From assembly GCF_964194155.1 (NCBI RefSeq), contig NC_135898.1, positions 13,454,001 through 13,518,000 of the forward strand: a stretch of 64,000 nt of DNA. The letters run 5' to 3'. The notes below the pieces were generated by a model. It was not told the origin of the DNA. It worked only from the letters and a program-made list of their open reading frames with translations, and did no database searches. The first letter of the stretch is position 1; every line of letters begins with the position of its first letter. Origin of the DNA: Cetorhinus maximus. Taxonomy: Eukaryota. Shown one piece after another: positions 38,170 to 51,699 of the stretch. Made by a program: the position numbers and the translations under genes.

Positions 38170-41100
38170 ACACACTCAGGAGGCTCAAGTGGACTGGCAA
38201 AGGAGTTTAGCAGAAAAGACAGTTGATGAACAACGGCAGACGTTTTAGAAAATAGTTCATGACTCACAACAAAGATATATCCCAGTGAGGAAGAAGGATT
38301 CTCGGAAGGGGATAAACCAACCATGGTTAAACAAGAAAGTTAGGGATAGTATCAAATTGAAAGAAAAAACATACAATGTGGCAAAGATTAGTGGTAAGCC
38401 AGAGGATTGGGAAAGTTTTAAAAACCAACAAAAGATGACCAAAAAATAATAAAGAGCGAGAAGGCCTGTACAAAGCAGACAGGTTGCACCTGAACCAGAA
38501 TGGGACCAACATCCTTGCTGGGAGATTTGCTAGTGCTGTTGGGGAGGGTTTAAAATAACTTGGCAGGGGGATGGGATCCTGAGAGAAAGTTCAGCAGGGG
38601 GAGATGCACAGCCAAAATTAGAAGAGAGAGCAAGTGAGCCTGGAAGGCATAGAAATTATAGGCCAGTTAAGGCACAAGGGAGTTTGGCAAGGTTGGATGG
38701 TATTTATTTTAATGCAAGGAGTCTGACGAATAAGGCAGATTGAGGGCACAAATTAACACATGGAAGTATGATGTCATTGCTGTGACCGAGACATGGTTGA
38801 GAGAGGGGCAGAATTGACAGCTCAATATTCCAGGATATAGCATCTTCAGGCAAGACAGGGAAAGAGGAGGGCGTATCGCAATATTGATCAAGGAATCAAT
38901 TACAGTAGTAAGGAGGTTTGACATCTTATAAGGCTCCTCAAATGAAGCCATATGGGTAGAACTTAAAAACAAAAAAGGAGCAATCGCATTGCTGGGAGCC
39001 CCCAAGTCAGAGAGAAATAGAAGAGCAGATAGGCAAATTTCAGAAAAGTGTAAGAATAATAGGGTAGTAATAGTGGGGGATTTCAACTTCCCCAACATTA
39101 ACTGGGTAAGTCATAGTGTGATAGGTTTACAGGGAGCAGAATTCTTAAAATGCATCCAGGAGAGCTTTTTAAGCCAGTACGTAGAAGGCCCTACAAGAGA
39201 GGGGATGGTTCTGGACTTAATTTTAGGGAATGAAGCCGGACAAGTGGCAGAGGTATCAGTGGGGGAGCATTTTGCAGATAGTGATCATAACTCTGTTAGA
39301 TTCAAGGTTGTTATGGAAAAGGACAAGGATGGGCCAGAAATCAGAGTTCTAAATTGGGGGAAGGCCAATTTTAATAAGATCAGATATGATTTGGCCAGAG
39401 TAGACTGGGAGCAGCTATTTTTTAGGTAAATCTGCTTCAGAGCAGTAGGACTCATTCAAGGGGGAAATAGGGAGAGTACAGGGCCAACATATTCCAGTAA
39501 AGATAAAGGGTGGGACCAACAACTCCAGGTAACCCTGGATGGCGAGGGATATACAGGATTGGATAAAGAGAAAAAGGGAGGCTTATGGCAGATACCGAGG
39601 GCTCAAAACAGCGGAAGCCCTAGAGGAGTATAGAATGTGTAGGGGGGGAACTTAAAAAGGAAATTGGAGAGCAAAAAGGGGGCATGAAAAAACATTAGAC
39701 GATAAAATAAGGAAAATTCCAAAATTATTTTACAAGTACATTAAGAGTAAGAGGATAACGAGGACAAGAGTAGGGCCCATTAAGGACCATAGTGGTAATT
39801 TGCGTGAGGAGTCGGAAGACGTAGGTAGAGTTCTAAATGAATACTTTGTGTTGGTGTTCACAAGTGAGAGGGACGACGTAGGTATGGAAATCGGGCAGAA
39901 GGACTGTGACATAATTAAAGAAATTAGCATAGAAAGGGAGGAGGTTCTAAGTGGTCTGGCTTAAAAGTAGATAAATCTCCAGGCCCGGATTAAATGTATC
40001 CAGGTTGTTGAGTGAGGCAAGGGAGGAGATAGCAGGAGAGCTGGCAATAATTTTCAATACCTCTCTGGCCGCAGGAGAGGTGCCAGAGGACTGGAGGACA
40101 GCTAATGTGGTACCGTTATTCAAGAAGGGAGGAAGGGAGAAACCAGGGAACTACAGGCCAGTCAGTCTAACCTGTGGTGGGGAAACTATTGGAAGTAATT
40201 CTGAGGGACAGAATTAATCTACAATTGGAGAGGCCAGGATTAATCAAGTCAGCATGGTTTTATTAAGGGGAGGTCACGTCTGACCAATTTGATTGAATTT
40301 TTCGAGGAGGTGACCAGGTGTGTCGATGAGGGCAATGCATCTGACATAGTCTACTTCGACTTCAGCAAGGCTTTTGACAAGGTCTCGCATGGGAGACTGA
40401 TAACAAAGGTAAGAACCCATGGGATCCAAGGCAATTTGACAAATTGGATCCAGAATTGGCTGAGTGGCAGGGAGCAGAGGGTGATGGTCGAGGGGCGTTT
40501 TTGTGACTAGATGCCTGTGTCCAGTGGGGTTCCACAGGGATCAGTGTAGGGTCCCTTGCTGTTTGTAGTATATATCGATTCAGACTTGAATGTAAGAGGG
40601 TTGATCAGTAAGTTCGCGGATGACATGAAAATTGGTGGGGTGGTAAATAGCGAGGATAGCCTTAGATTACAGGAGGATATAGACGGGCTGGTCAGATGGG
40701 CTGATCAGTGGCAAATGGAATTTAATCCAGATTAGTGTGAGGTGATGCACTTGGGCAGGACAAACAAGGCATGGGAATACACGATGAATGGTAGGACTCT
40801 GGGAATTACCGAGGATCAGAGGGACCTTGGTGTGCATGTCCACCAGTCCCTTAAGGTAGCAGGACAGGTAGATAAAATGGTTAAGGCGGCATATTTATTA
40901 GTCGAGGCATAGAAAATAAGAGGGAGGTTATGCTGGAACTGTATAAAACGCTGGTTAGGCCACAGCTAGAGTATGCATGCAGTTCTAGAATCCACATTAT
41001 AGGAAGGATATGATTGCACTAGAGAGAGTGCAATTTACCAGGATGTTGCCCAGGTGGGAGAGTTTTAGTTATGAGAGATTGGATAGACTGGAGTTATGTT

Positions 41101-43380
41101 CCTTGGAGCAGAGGAGATTGAGGGGATACATGATTTAGGTATATAAAATTATGAAGGGCACAGATAGGGTAGACAGGAAGGAACTTTACCTCTTGGTGGA
41201 GGGATCAATAACCAAGGGGCATAGATTTAAGGTAAGAGGCAGAAGGTTTAGTGGGGATGTGAGGAAGAATTTTTTCACCCATAGGGTGGTGAGACTCTGG
41301 AACTCTCTGCCTGAAAGGGTGGTAGAGGCAGAAACCTTCATAACATTTAAGAAGTATTTTGATGTGCATTTGCGATGCCATGGCATACAAGGCTATGGCC
41401 TAGTGCTGGAAAATGGGATGAGAATAGTTAGGTTCTTGTTTGACTGGCACAGACTCGATAGGCCGAAGGGACTTTTTCTGTGCTGTAGACCTCTGTGACT
41501 CTAAGATAAACTTTGAGGGTAAACTAGCAAGTCATATAAAAACAGATAGTAAGAGCTTCTTTAAATATATAAAAAGGAAGCGAGAGGCGAAAGTGAACAT
41601 AGGCCCCTTAGAGAACAAGGCTGGGGAAATAATAATGGGGAACCAGGAGATGGCAGAGGAGTTGAATAAACACTTTGCATCAGTCTTCATGGTGGAAGAC
41701 ACTAACAGCATACCAACAATACTAAATAATCACGGGGCAAAAGGTGTTGTGGGGGTGGGGGGAGCGCAGGTGGAAATAAATACAGTAACTATCACTAGAG
41801 AAAAAAGTACTCAGGAAACTAATGGGACGAAAGGCCAATAAGCTACCCGGACCTGATGGGCTGCATCCTTGGATATTAAAGGAAGTAGCTACACAGATAG
41901 TGAATGCACTGGTAGTAATCTTCCAAGAATCCTTAATTCTGAAGAAGTTCCAGAGGATTGGAAAACTGCCAATGTAACACCATTATTCAAAAAGGGAGAC
42001 AAAAAAACAGGTAACCATAGGCCAGTTAGCTTAACATCCGTCATTGGGAAAATTTTAGAGTCTATTATAAAGGATGTAATAGCAGAGCATTTAGAAATGC
42101 ATAATATAATCAAGCAGAGTCAGCATGGCTTCGTGAAGGGGAAATCATGCTTGACAAATTTATTAGAATTATTTGAGGAGGTAACAAGCAGGATAGATAA
42201 AGGGAACTGTAGATGTAATATATTTGGATTTCCAAAAGGTGTTCAATAAGGTACTGCACATAAGGCTATGGAATAAGATAAGAGCCCATGGTGTTGGCGG
42301 TAGTATATTAGCATGGTTAGAGGATTGGCTAACTAATAGAAGACAAAGAGTTTGGATAAGGGGGGCACTTTCAGGGTGGCAACCTGTAACTAGTGCAGTG
42401 CCATAGGGTTCAGTGCTGGGGCCACATTTTTTTACAATCTAATTAATTGCTTAGATGAGGGAAGTCAATGTACTATTGCCACTTTTGCAGATGACACAAA
42501 AATAGGTGGGAAGGCAAGTGGTGAGGATGACAGAGTCTACAGAGGGATATAGACAGGTTAAGTGAGTGGGCAAAAACTTAGCAGATGGAATATAATGTGG
42601 GAAAATGTGAGGTTATGCATTTTGGCAGAAAGAATAGAGGAGCAGAATATTATTTACATGAAGAAAGACTGCAGAAAGCTACAGCGCAGAGGGATTTGTG
42701 TGTCCTTGTGCATGAATCCCAAAAAGATAACATATAAGTTCAGCAGGTAATAGAATGTTGGCCTTTATTTCAAAGGAAATGGAGCATAAAAATAGGGAAG
42801 TCTTGTTAAAACTATACAAGGCACTAGTTAGACAACACCTAGAATACTGTGAACAGTTTTGGTCCCCTGATCTAAGGAAAGATACACTGGCATTGGAGGC
42901 AATGCAGGTTGATCCCGGAGATGGAGGGATTTTCTTATGAGGAGAGGTTGAGTAGGTTGGGCCTGTACTCATTGGAGTTTAGAAGAATGAGAGACGACCT
43001 TGTTGAAACATATATGATTCTTAGGGAGCTTGACAGGGTAGCTGCTGAGAAGTTGTTTTCCCTTGTGGGAGATTCTAGGACCAGAGGGCATAATCTCAAA
43101 GTAAGGGATCACCCATTTAAGACACAGGTGAGGAGGAATTTCTTCTCTCAGAGGGTAGCAAATCTGTGAAATTCTTTACCACAGAGAGCTGTAGAGGCTG
43201 GGTTGTTAAGTATATTCAAGACTGAGATAGACATCTTTGATCAGCAAGGGAATCAAGGGTTATGGAGAAAAGGCAGGAAAGTGGAGTTGAGGATTATCAG
43301 ATCAGCCATGATCTCATTGAATGGCAGAGCAGACTCGATGGGCCGAATGGCCTACTTCTGCTCCTACGTCTCATGGTCTT
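38170..43380 (+). mobile_element. Nested CR1 LINEs: an outer copy (38170-38463 and 41503-43380) interrupted by an inner copy (38464-41502)
   Basis: Inner copy: ORF1 tail (LHLNQNGTNILAGRF), APE motifs (YFNARSL, VTETW, GDFNFP, DSDHNS), RT motifs (PEDWRTANVVPLFKKG, DFSKAFDKV, KFADD), ending ctctgtgactct. The outer frame rejoins across AAG/AAG (gagcgagaag|ataaactttgagggt). Many stops and frameshifts. Confidence 0.88.
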
Positions 43381-43936
43381 TGGACATTTCAAACCAGCGT
43401 CCGGAACATTTGAATGTCAGTGGACAATCATCTGGGGATCTTAACTATACAACAAAGCTATGACAACGCTATGCACCAGAATAGGAATGTACATGTTACC
43501 CAGCCTGAAGTACAGGCTGAGGCTACTCCTTCCATTTTGAGGTGGGTCAGTGAGTAGGTTGAGAAAACAAATTCACAAAGTTTAGCCAATTACCTTTTCA
43601 GAGAGAATTAGATATTGAGGTAAAGATTGGAGTACATAGCTCTGATATTATGCTAGCTTTGGCAGGAACACAGTGGAACTAATGGCCTCCTCTGCTCAAA
43701 CCTGTATGATTATATAAATTATTTATGTTACATATCAAACACGATCAATTGCACAATTCTATATGCCAACCATAACTGCAGTGAGGTTTCCTTAAAAGGT
43801 GCTGAGGAGGACCGGTTATTATTTCATATTCATCGCTCCTGTCTTCTGCTTATGTACCTTGAACGTAGTTTGGAATACATCAATTCCCACAATGTGCTAA
43901 GACTGAATTTGTGAACTCTGTTTGAAAATATATATG

Positions 43937-43942
43937 TTTATT
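43937..43942 (-). terminator. Candidate ITPRIPL1 polyadenylation signal
   Basis: TTTATT on + (AATAAA on -), about 1.6 kb downstream of the stop. A second hexamer lies near 44097. Confidence 0.4.
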
Positions 43943-45508
43943 CGTTGTAAAACAAGAGTGTACAATAGAATAGAAAACACCCTATTATACACATTAGACT
44001 CAAACACTACATGTTTTAAAAATGACCATGGATGAATGCCCAAGGCCTCTAACACAAAGTATCAAGTTGAAAAGAGTAACAAAGATGGTAATGAATTTAT
44101 TTCCAAAATTATTAAATTGTAAAAAGGATAGAAATGTGAAAAGAAATCCAGTTTTTTAGATTTTAGAAAATTCCGAGTTAGTCTGACAGATTGGGATGAA
44201 TTTTCATTTCAATGCGGTGAGGAAACAAGGAATAGGGTGTTGTAGTTAGAACAAAAGCACATTCAGAAGGAGTGTTGACTGATTATGTAAACAAAATGGG
44301 GAGAAGAAAGATGACAGCAGGCTGGAGGTGAGAGGGATCAGCGGTGAACACTATAACTTTTTAAAATTTGTTCAGGAATGAGAGGTTGGGAAATAAAGAA
44401 TATAGGAAATATGCCTGAAATATGGAGAATTGTTCTATCCCTGGATGGTCTTAGGCTTCAAGTTTAGGCCTGCCCACCTCCATTCCTACAAATGAATAGC
44501 AGTGCATCTCCAAGAGCTCAACTCACCAGCATCTAACAGGATGCACATCCATTGGATCCTCAAGAAGGGATAAACATCCAGTTGAAGAGCACATTTTAAA
44601 ATCCTCACTGTGTTCTTGCCCACATGTCACTTTTGTTACAGATTGCACCCTATCCCTGTGATTTAGAAATACCAGCAGAAATGTGGAAATCCAGTGAGAA
44701 AAAACAGTCAAGCTCTGTAAATATCAGCAGCTTCCTTAAGACTTCTCCATTGGGAATATAAAGATCAGTTTCTAGTTCAAATCTTTGCAGTGATGTTTCA
44801 TTACTTGTGTATAAGTTATGAGAATGACAACCCAGCATCCCAAAGGACTTGATCTATTTAGTGTGGGAGGATCAGCCTTTTTCTTAAAAACAGTACATTC
44901 CTGATGAACTCTTAGTCACTGCATCAGTATCTCTGCATGGCAGTGAGTAAGTCTGGATTGTTATTTTTGCTCAGCTTGGTTTGGTTTAAATTTTGGCAAT
45001 ATCCACCTTTGCACCAAAGCACTGCAACAAAATACACTGGGACTGACTTGATTTACCCTTGGCAAATTATTTAGGAATGACTGGACTGCTCACTGCCTGC
45101 TCATCCCATTTGGAACAATGAGGTCAGTTCAGGTGTCCACCATCACATTTTGAACAGGGAGGGTGACTCAAAAGCGGACATCTGAGCAATTGTGGAAATC
45201 CTCAGTGTACAGCGACTTTTAACATCTTTGCAACTTCAAGATGTTCAAATAGGTATTCTGAATGCATTGTGAGGGCAGAAGGTGAAAGTGAAGACTCAAT
45301 CTATCTACCACCAAGAAACACACACCCATGTTTCCCTGAGGAAAATGTGTGACAATAAAATAGCATCAAAAATATGTCCATGTATTAAAGAAGAGAAACG
45401 AGTGGCATGTAAAAACACATCTAGAATGAACTATTAGTGAAACTGTAAATATTACATATCTGTTAAATAATTCTGCTCCCAACCTAGGAGCAAAGGCTCT
45501 GTTTTCAG

Positions 45509-47125
45509 TCAGCTGACTGTATTATCTTTAATGCATTCCATCATTAAAGGACCCATGTCTCTTAATATTTTCTGATATTCCATAAGTGCCTGACCGTAAG
45601 AGTCACGCTGTGTTACAAAGGACCGGAAGAGGTTTATGGGCTCTGCATACAGAAGCATTTCTGGAATTCCCATTTGCTTTGGAAAAGTCTGATTTCCAAT
45701 CATAAATCGGTAGAGCCGTTTCTCATCCAAGCATTTTCCAAGATACTTCAAAATGTCTCTGAGCCTATGTTCCAGGTGACACTCATGCCAGTTTGAATAT
45801 GGCTGACTTAACAACAGATGCATAAGGACAGTCTTAAAAAAGTAGGACCCAAGAATGTTCCGCTGGTCTGGAGAGCTATGGAGCTTTTCAGTTAGAAAGG
45901 TCAATATTTGAAGGCACTTGAGGTGACAGCTGTTTTTGGGAACGCTTTTTGCCATGATTTTCAGAAATCTGTACTCGCAGACAGCACAGGATATGTGCCA
46001 GTAGGTGGTGGACGGCACTGTATTCTTGGTGTAATCAGGAAAGCTGGATACGAGATAGACGTCTGAATCCTTCAGCCTCACAGCAGGGAAGGCTTTAATG
46101 TAGATGTTTCGTCCCGACTGATACTGGACTTTTAAACCACAGCAACCAGTAATATTGTGGAAGGAAAGATCAAAATCATACTTATGACAAACTTTGTTCC
46201 AGGATTTTGCTAGTGCAACCCGGAACCATTTCAGTACTTTCTTGTAGTCCAAATACCACTCAGAACACACGATGGAAGCCAGGCAATTGGCACGCACATC
46301 AGCTTCAAACCTTTTACTGTGAATAAGACAAAGAACATCTCCTTCAAGTTCAGTACTTTTACATAGGCAGCCCAAGTCAGCACTGCCTGGTGTTACCATA
46401 ACAATCCGGCCGTAACTTTGCTTATCAGGTGGGAGGTCACAACAGCAGATCTCTGGTTTAAAGGAATATCCATCTTGCAGAAAAATTGGAACCAAAATAT
46501 CATACACCGAGGGCGTCTTACAGCCCCATTTCTCAAACTGACTACCAATGCCTACACAGTCTTCAAGGATCAGCTCAGAATCCCATTGGCAAATATTCCT
46601 ACAGGCTTCCAAGAGGTTGTCCACAAAACTTTCTACAAATTCACACGTCTGCATTGGCTCTTGGCTTACATTCTGAATACATGTATTATAAAATTGATCC
46701 AATACAGATTTGTCAGGAATATTCAAAATGTTGCTATAAATTCTTTGAGGAAATTCATTTTCCTTCTCCCCTTCCTCCTCTTCCTCACTGTGATAGTCTT
46801 GTGGTGTATGTGGCCACGTGTCCTGTCTCCACAGTTCCAAGAACAGAATTGTGACCATCAGGAGAATATTCCAGGTGTTCCAATCTATCTGTGTTGGGTT
46901 TTCTGCTTTTACAAATGTATTGACTTTCATTTCCTGTTCAGGATTATTCTTCTCATCCACTTCTTTCTGGAGCCGCTCCATCTCCAGCTTATACTTGTCC
47001 TCCTGCTCCTTCATCCTTGACTGGACCTCTTCACTCTCAACTTCATCACTCAGGAGGCGGGGGTGGTACAAACTTCCCGTGATCACCAGGAGGCACACGC
47101 TGAAAAGCCCTAATAGTGCTGGCAT
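45509..47125 (-). CDS. ITPRIPL1: Inositol 1,4,5-trisphosphate receptor-interacting protein-like 1 (538 aa; signal anchor, coiled coil, TM segment, Mab21/cGAS-like domain)
   Basis: Single intact ORF. Motifs recalled from ITPRIPL1: SEEEEE, TCEFVESFVDNLLEACR, LEDCVGIGSQFEKWG, YDILVP, GDVLCLIH, HKYDF, CHLKCLQI, SYFFKTVLMHLLL, AEPINLF. Splice acceptor tttatag|G directly before the ATG (47126). Adjacent to NCAPH as at human 2q11.2. Confidence 0.88.
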   Translation of the reverse strand: MPALLGLFSVCLLVITGSLYHPRLLSDEVESEEVQSRMKEQEDKYKLEMERLQKEVDEKNNPEQEMKVNTFVKAENPTQIDWNTWNILLMVTILFLELWRQDTWPHTPQDYHSEEEEEGEKENEFPQRIYSNILNIPDKSVLDQFYNTCIQNVSQEPMQTCEFVESFVDNLLEACRNICQWDSELILEDCVGIGSQFEKWGCKTPSVYDILVPIFLQDGYSFKPEICCCDLPPDKQSYGRIVMVTPGSADLGCLCKSTELEGDVLCLIHSKRFEADVRANCLASIVCSEWYLDYKKVLKWFRVALAKSWNKVCHKYDFDLSFHNITGCCGLKVQYQSGRNIYIKAFPAVRLKDSDVYLVSSFPDYTKNTVPSTTYWHISCAVCEYRFLKIMAKSVPKNSCHLKCLQILTFLTEKLHSSPDQRNILGSYFFKTVLMHLLLSQPYSNWHECHLEHRLRDILKYLGKCLDEKRLYRFMIGNQTFPKQMGIPEMLLYAEPINLFRSFVTQRDSYGQALMEYQKILRDMGPLMMECIKDNTVS

Positions 47126-48589
47126 CCTATAAACAATAAGCAGAGAACAGATGTTCAGAAGATGTGTAATTCACAGGGGGAACAGCATTAGTACATCTAT
47201 CCGAGTCTGAGCCCCCACTGAGAGACATTGCAAGTCTTTCAATAATTCATCCTCCTTCACTGTTTTGTCATACACACGGCTTCCTTTCCTGTCCTATACA
47301 GCCTCAAGCTGTCTCATAGGATTAGATGAGTGGGCAGCAATTATTGAACCCTGGGCATTGATGACGTCACTTGCACCACAAGTTGAGGGCCTCGCCCACC
47401 AGCCATGCATAGTTGGAAATTGTGGAACACAAATTTAAAAACGAATTGCTGAAAAATCATAGCTGGCACAAACAATTTCCTGATCTGCACTGGAATGGCA
47501 AACGTAGGAAAATCAGTCCTAAAAGGTCAGGGACTGCAAAAGTATAACTATACCACAACACCAAGTGTGCAAATACTCTCTCTTCTAGGAAACACAGGAA
47601 GAATCCCATTTGTACAGGTTTGGTTTATATTATAATATTTTGGCCAGTTGTGCTCTGGACTGCAGGCTTTTAATTTATTATCGAGGAATCTAATAGTTGA
47701 AGTGCAGGGCACCTCTATTGTAAAGAGTAGAAAAGGTCACAAGTCGCGATGAGGTAATGCCAAGCTTACACTTAGAACACTTGTAATTTACATGAGGAAG
47801 GAAACACAGTAAGGAGCTCCTTAATTAAACAATTTAATTAAACTTAAACAATTAACAATTGTTAATCCTTGAGAACAAATGAGTTAGAGTAGAAACACTA
47901 CATGAATCTTGATTTTAAAACCATGAGGATGTTGGGTGGAGGAAGCTAGTACAAGGCAGGAACAAGACAGGAAAGGGAAGAGACCTGACCAGAGAACTAT
48001 AAATAAAATATAAACAAGATAGATTGCAGTGGAGATGGGGAGGGAGGTAGGGAGGTGGGGGGGGGGGGCTGGTACAGGAGCCAGACAAGAAGGATCACAA
48101 GTCAGATATCAGACATATGAACTATGGTCCATCCAGCCTGTCCCAAACAATTGCAATTACTTGTCATAATATATACGCTCCCCACCCAAAAGCCATATAA
48201 ACTCTTGCAAAATGTAGAATAAAAACAAAAACTAAGGCTAATTATGGAGAATGTGCAAAATTCCTCCATTCATTTCTGACAACTCCCTGCCTATAGACAA
48301 TCACAACTAATCTAGAAGAGCACTCTTACCCTGATTAATTTTACACAGGGCCTACCTTTTGTATGAGATGAACTCCGCCCTAGCCAGAAAGAGAATTAGC
48401 TCTCGCTGTTCTCTGGGAGAAGAATTGCCTAAACGTCGATCAGAGTTCTGGCTTTATGTAACTTCATATTATAACTCCTTGTCCTCCCTAACTTATTTAG
48501 TTGAAATAAGCTGTCTACACAAACACAATGTATTCTCTTCATCATATTATAAACCTCGGTAAAAATCACCCCTTAATACAGAGAATTGT

Positions 48590-50040
48590 GTTGATACATT
48601 TTGGTAGGGAGCGTCAGGGAGGCATATGTATAATTTTAAAAGGGATGCAGGAACAGTGAGACTTGGGGGTACCTGTACACAAATCTCTTAAAATGGCAGA
48701 ACAAGTTGAAAAGCAAGGTATAAAAGCGTGTGGGATCCTTGATTTCATTGACTTTATACTGGTTAGGCCTCAGCTGGAAGATTTTGCTCAGTTCTGGACA
48801 CCAAACTTTAGGAAGGGTGTCAAGGGCTTGGAGAGGGTGCAGAAGAGATTTTCCAGAATAGCACCAGGCATTGGAGACTTGTGTGAAGAAACAAGAGAAG
48901 CTGGAATTGTTCTCCTGGTAGCAGAGAAGGTGAAGAAGTGATTCGATAAAGATGTTCAAAATCATAATTGGCTTTGATAGAGTAAATAACTTTTCAATAG
49001 CAAAAGGGTCGGTAACCAGCAGACACAGATTCAAGGCGATTGGCAAAAGAACCAGAGGCAACCCGAGGAAACTTTTTTTTGCACCAGTTATGGTGATCAT
49101 GAATGTACTGCCTGGGAAAAGGTGAGAGCAGATTCAATAGCAACTTTCAAAGGTGATAAATACTTGAAGGGGAAAACAGTTACATAACTATGGGGAAAAA
49201 GCAGGAGAGTGGGATTAATTGGACAGCTCTACTCAAGAGCTGCACAAGCATGATCGGCCAGATGGACCCCCTCTATGCCATACGATAGTCAAATCTTCTA
49301 TAAAACACATGCTACCATCTCACTGTCACATCAGTGTTGGTCATGAACCTTTAGAGATCTATGCACTAGAACGGCCGCTCGACTTCTTCACCAGCTTCTG
49401 TACTTTTCCTTGAAGGGTATATATGCATGTTCATCGTTCACCCAGCCCACATGCAAAACTGTACCTTTCAAAGGTAAACATTATTTACCAATCACTCGCT
49501 CAGTTAGCTAGCACTTCCAGATCTACTTAGTAGGACTAACTCTTGTTCATATTTTACTATCAAATTTACAGATCGTCTCCTCAACACCTACATCTGGATC
49601 ATGAATAATGGTGAATTGCTGTCCCAACACAATTCCATGGAACAGCACCAAAGCCTGGACTCCAAGCAGATACAAATTCATGTACAACCAATTTCTTCCT
49701 ATGGCTTTCAGCCAGTTCTCAATCCAGTGCAGTAAATTGACACTCATCCCCAAGGCTTTCATCTTGTAAATGTCCTGTGTGTCAAAATGTTTTTGGAAAT
49801 CTGGGTAATTAATATCTACTAGGCTTGCCTCATCTATTTCTTGGTGATTTGTCAAATATACAACTGACTTTATAAAATAGGACCTTCCATTTTTGAAGCT
49901 GTGTCATGTGTCCCTAATGCTTCCCTCTCTATCCAAATAATCATATGTTGATTCTCTCCAGCATCTTCCCTATTGCTGACATAAAACTAGTGGGCCAATA
50001 GTTAGCTGGAACCAGCTTATTGTTTTAAATCTTGGGACTA
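48590..50040. mobile_element. Two degraded CR1 fragments in opposite orientations in the ITPRIPL1 intron
   Basis: + strand LVRPQLEDFAQFWTP..LERVQKRF (48663-48941); - strand DFQKHFD...LLHWIENWL (49547-49855). Confidence 0.7.
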
Positions 50041-51699
50041 AATGAATCTCCTTCCAGTCGAAGGAAACAGTCCCAGACTCCGACCTATTGAACATCCCGG
50101 AAGAGGCTTCCAATCTTCCCAAGAAACCTCAGGTGGATATCATCTGGACGTGCTGCCCTATATATGTTCAGGGTTTCTAATTCTATCTAAAATAATATGT
50201 TCATCTATGTTAATATTACATTTTATTATTGAATGCTGTCAGTCAAGCTTTATCTTAAAGAGTGAAGACCAATGCAAATTCCTCATTTTGTATGTCCGCC
50301 ATGCCCAACGAATCCTTACGAACCTGTCCTGAAATATCCTTCAATGGCCCCAAATAGTTTTCTGACTCTTGATGTAACTGACAAAAGCTTTTCCATTATT
50401 TTCACAATTGACTACCATCCTCTTTCCCATGAGCTGATCTAATAAAGGACTTAGTTTTCTCTAACTGTCCCCTAATCTGTTTTGTTTGGTTTTCGGTGAC
50501 TTTGATCCATATAAACTTTTATTTTACATTGTATTTGTCTGTGACCTGACCAGTCAGCCACCATGACTTGTTTTTAAAACTATACTTCCTTCTTTTGACT
50601 TTAGGCACATATTTGTCTTCCACATTTCCAAAAGTTTGCTTTGAAAAACTTAACCATTTATATTCTATACCAGTTTCACCACCACTTAGATTTTCATGCC
50701 TTTTCGAGGAAAGTAAGAGAGATATTACCAGAAGTTAGGTATTCCCAAACATGGGAGCAGCATTCAAAAGCACTTTTATACTTTAATGACAGCATCTCTG
50801 ATCAGCAGTATCTTTGTACTCAGTTGGACGTGAAGCCCATTACAAGACTTGTAATCATTCTACTGTCACAAAAAAGATGGTGTAAAATGTAGAATAAGCT
50901 CTTCCAAAGTCAGTACTGTATTCTAAAAAGAACGGACATGAATATTTTGTTAAGAAATTCTGGAGAAACAGCCAGAGTAAGGGAGGCCTACTTAATCTAG
51001 TCTTGAAAATAGATATAAAAATTACAAAGAAGCACGGCATGAGGAGCAAGTAGCTCACTCCTCAAAAAGTTGAGGAAAAGTCAACTCCTGGAGAGACTGA
51101 AATGACATGAATGGGAAATTCTGCCAACATCATAACCTTTTATGTTCCTTGATTATATTCTCAGCAAAACTAAAGAAAAAATTGCATTGTCCTACGGGGT
51201 AAGGAGAAAACACGACTATTGTCCAATAGAAATTCTTAACTAGTCACAAGTGTGGGCTACAGCAACATCATTTTAGCCACATGCATTGCAATTTTGAGAA
51301 AAAAAATCCTTACTTATAATCATGGATACAGCTACAGGCACATCTACACCCCATTCAGTAACCCTGAAAGAAGCATTCACAAGCAAAAACTACTTGTGCT
51401 CTGCTTTGTCTCTGACCATTTTACTAATACAAATAGATTAAAGTAGAAATGCTATGCAAATAAGTATGGCGATTGCATGCCCTGGGACCGTGTCCATTAT
51501 TCGTTTTTTAAAATAAAGTGTACTAATCAGAAATGATGAGTTACATCTGGATTCCCAGTTGAATGGACAACACTGGAATGAATACACCCTGGAATGAATA
51601 CACAATGAAAAGTGCTGCTTCGTCTCCAGGTCATGAACTCCTAGACTATAAGGAAATTGGGGACGTATAAATCGCAATTCAGGAGTTATGCTGAGGGTG

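Noticed and set aside
46418-47132. 200-aa and other + strand ORFs opposite ITPRIPL1
   Set aside because: Antisense shadows of a real CDS; no recognisable domain.
51573-51604. Short tandem duplication (CTGGAATGAATACAC twice)
   Set aside because: Two units only; an ordinary slippage duplication, not an array.
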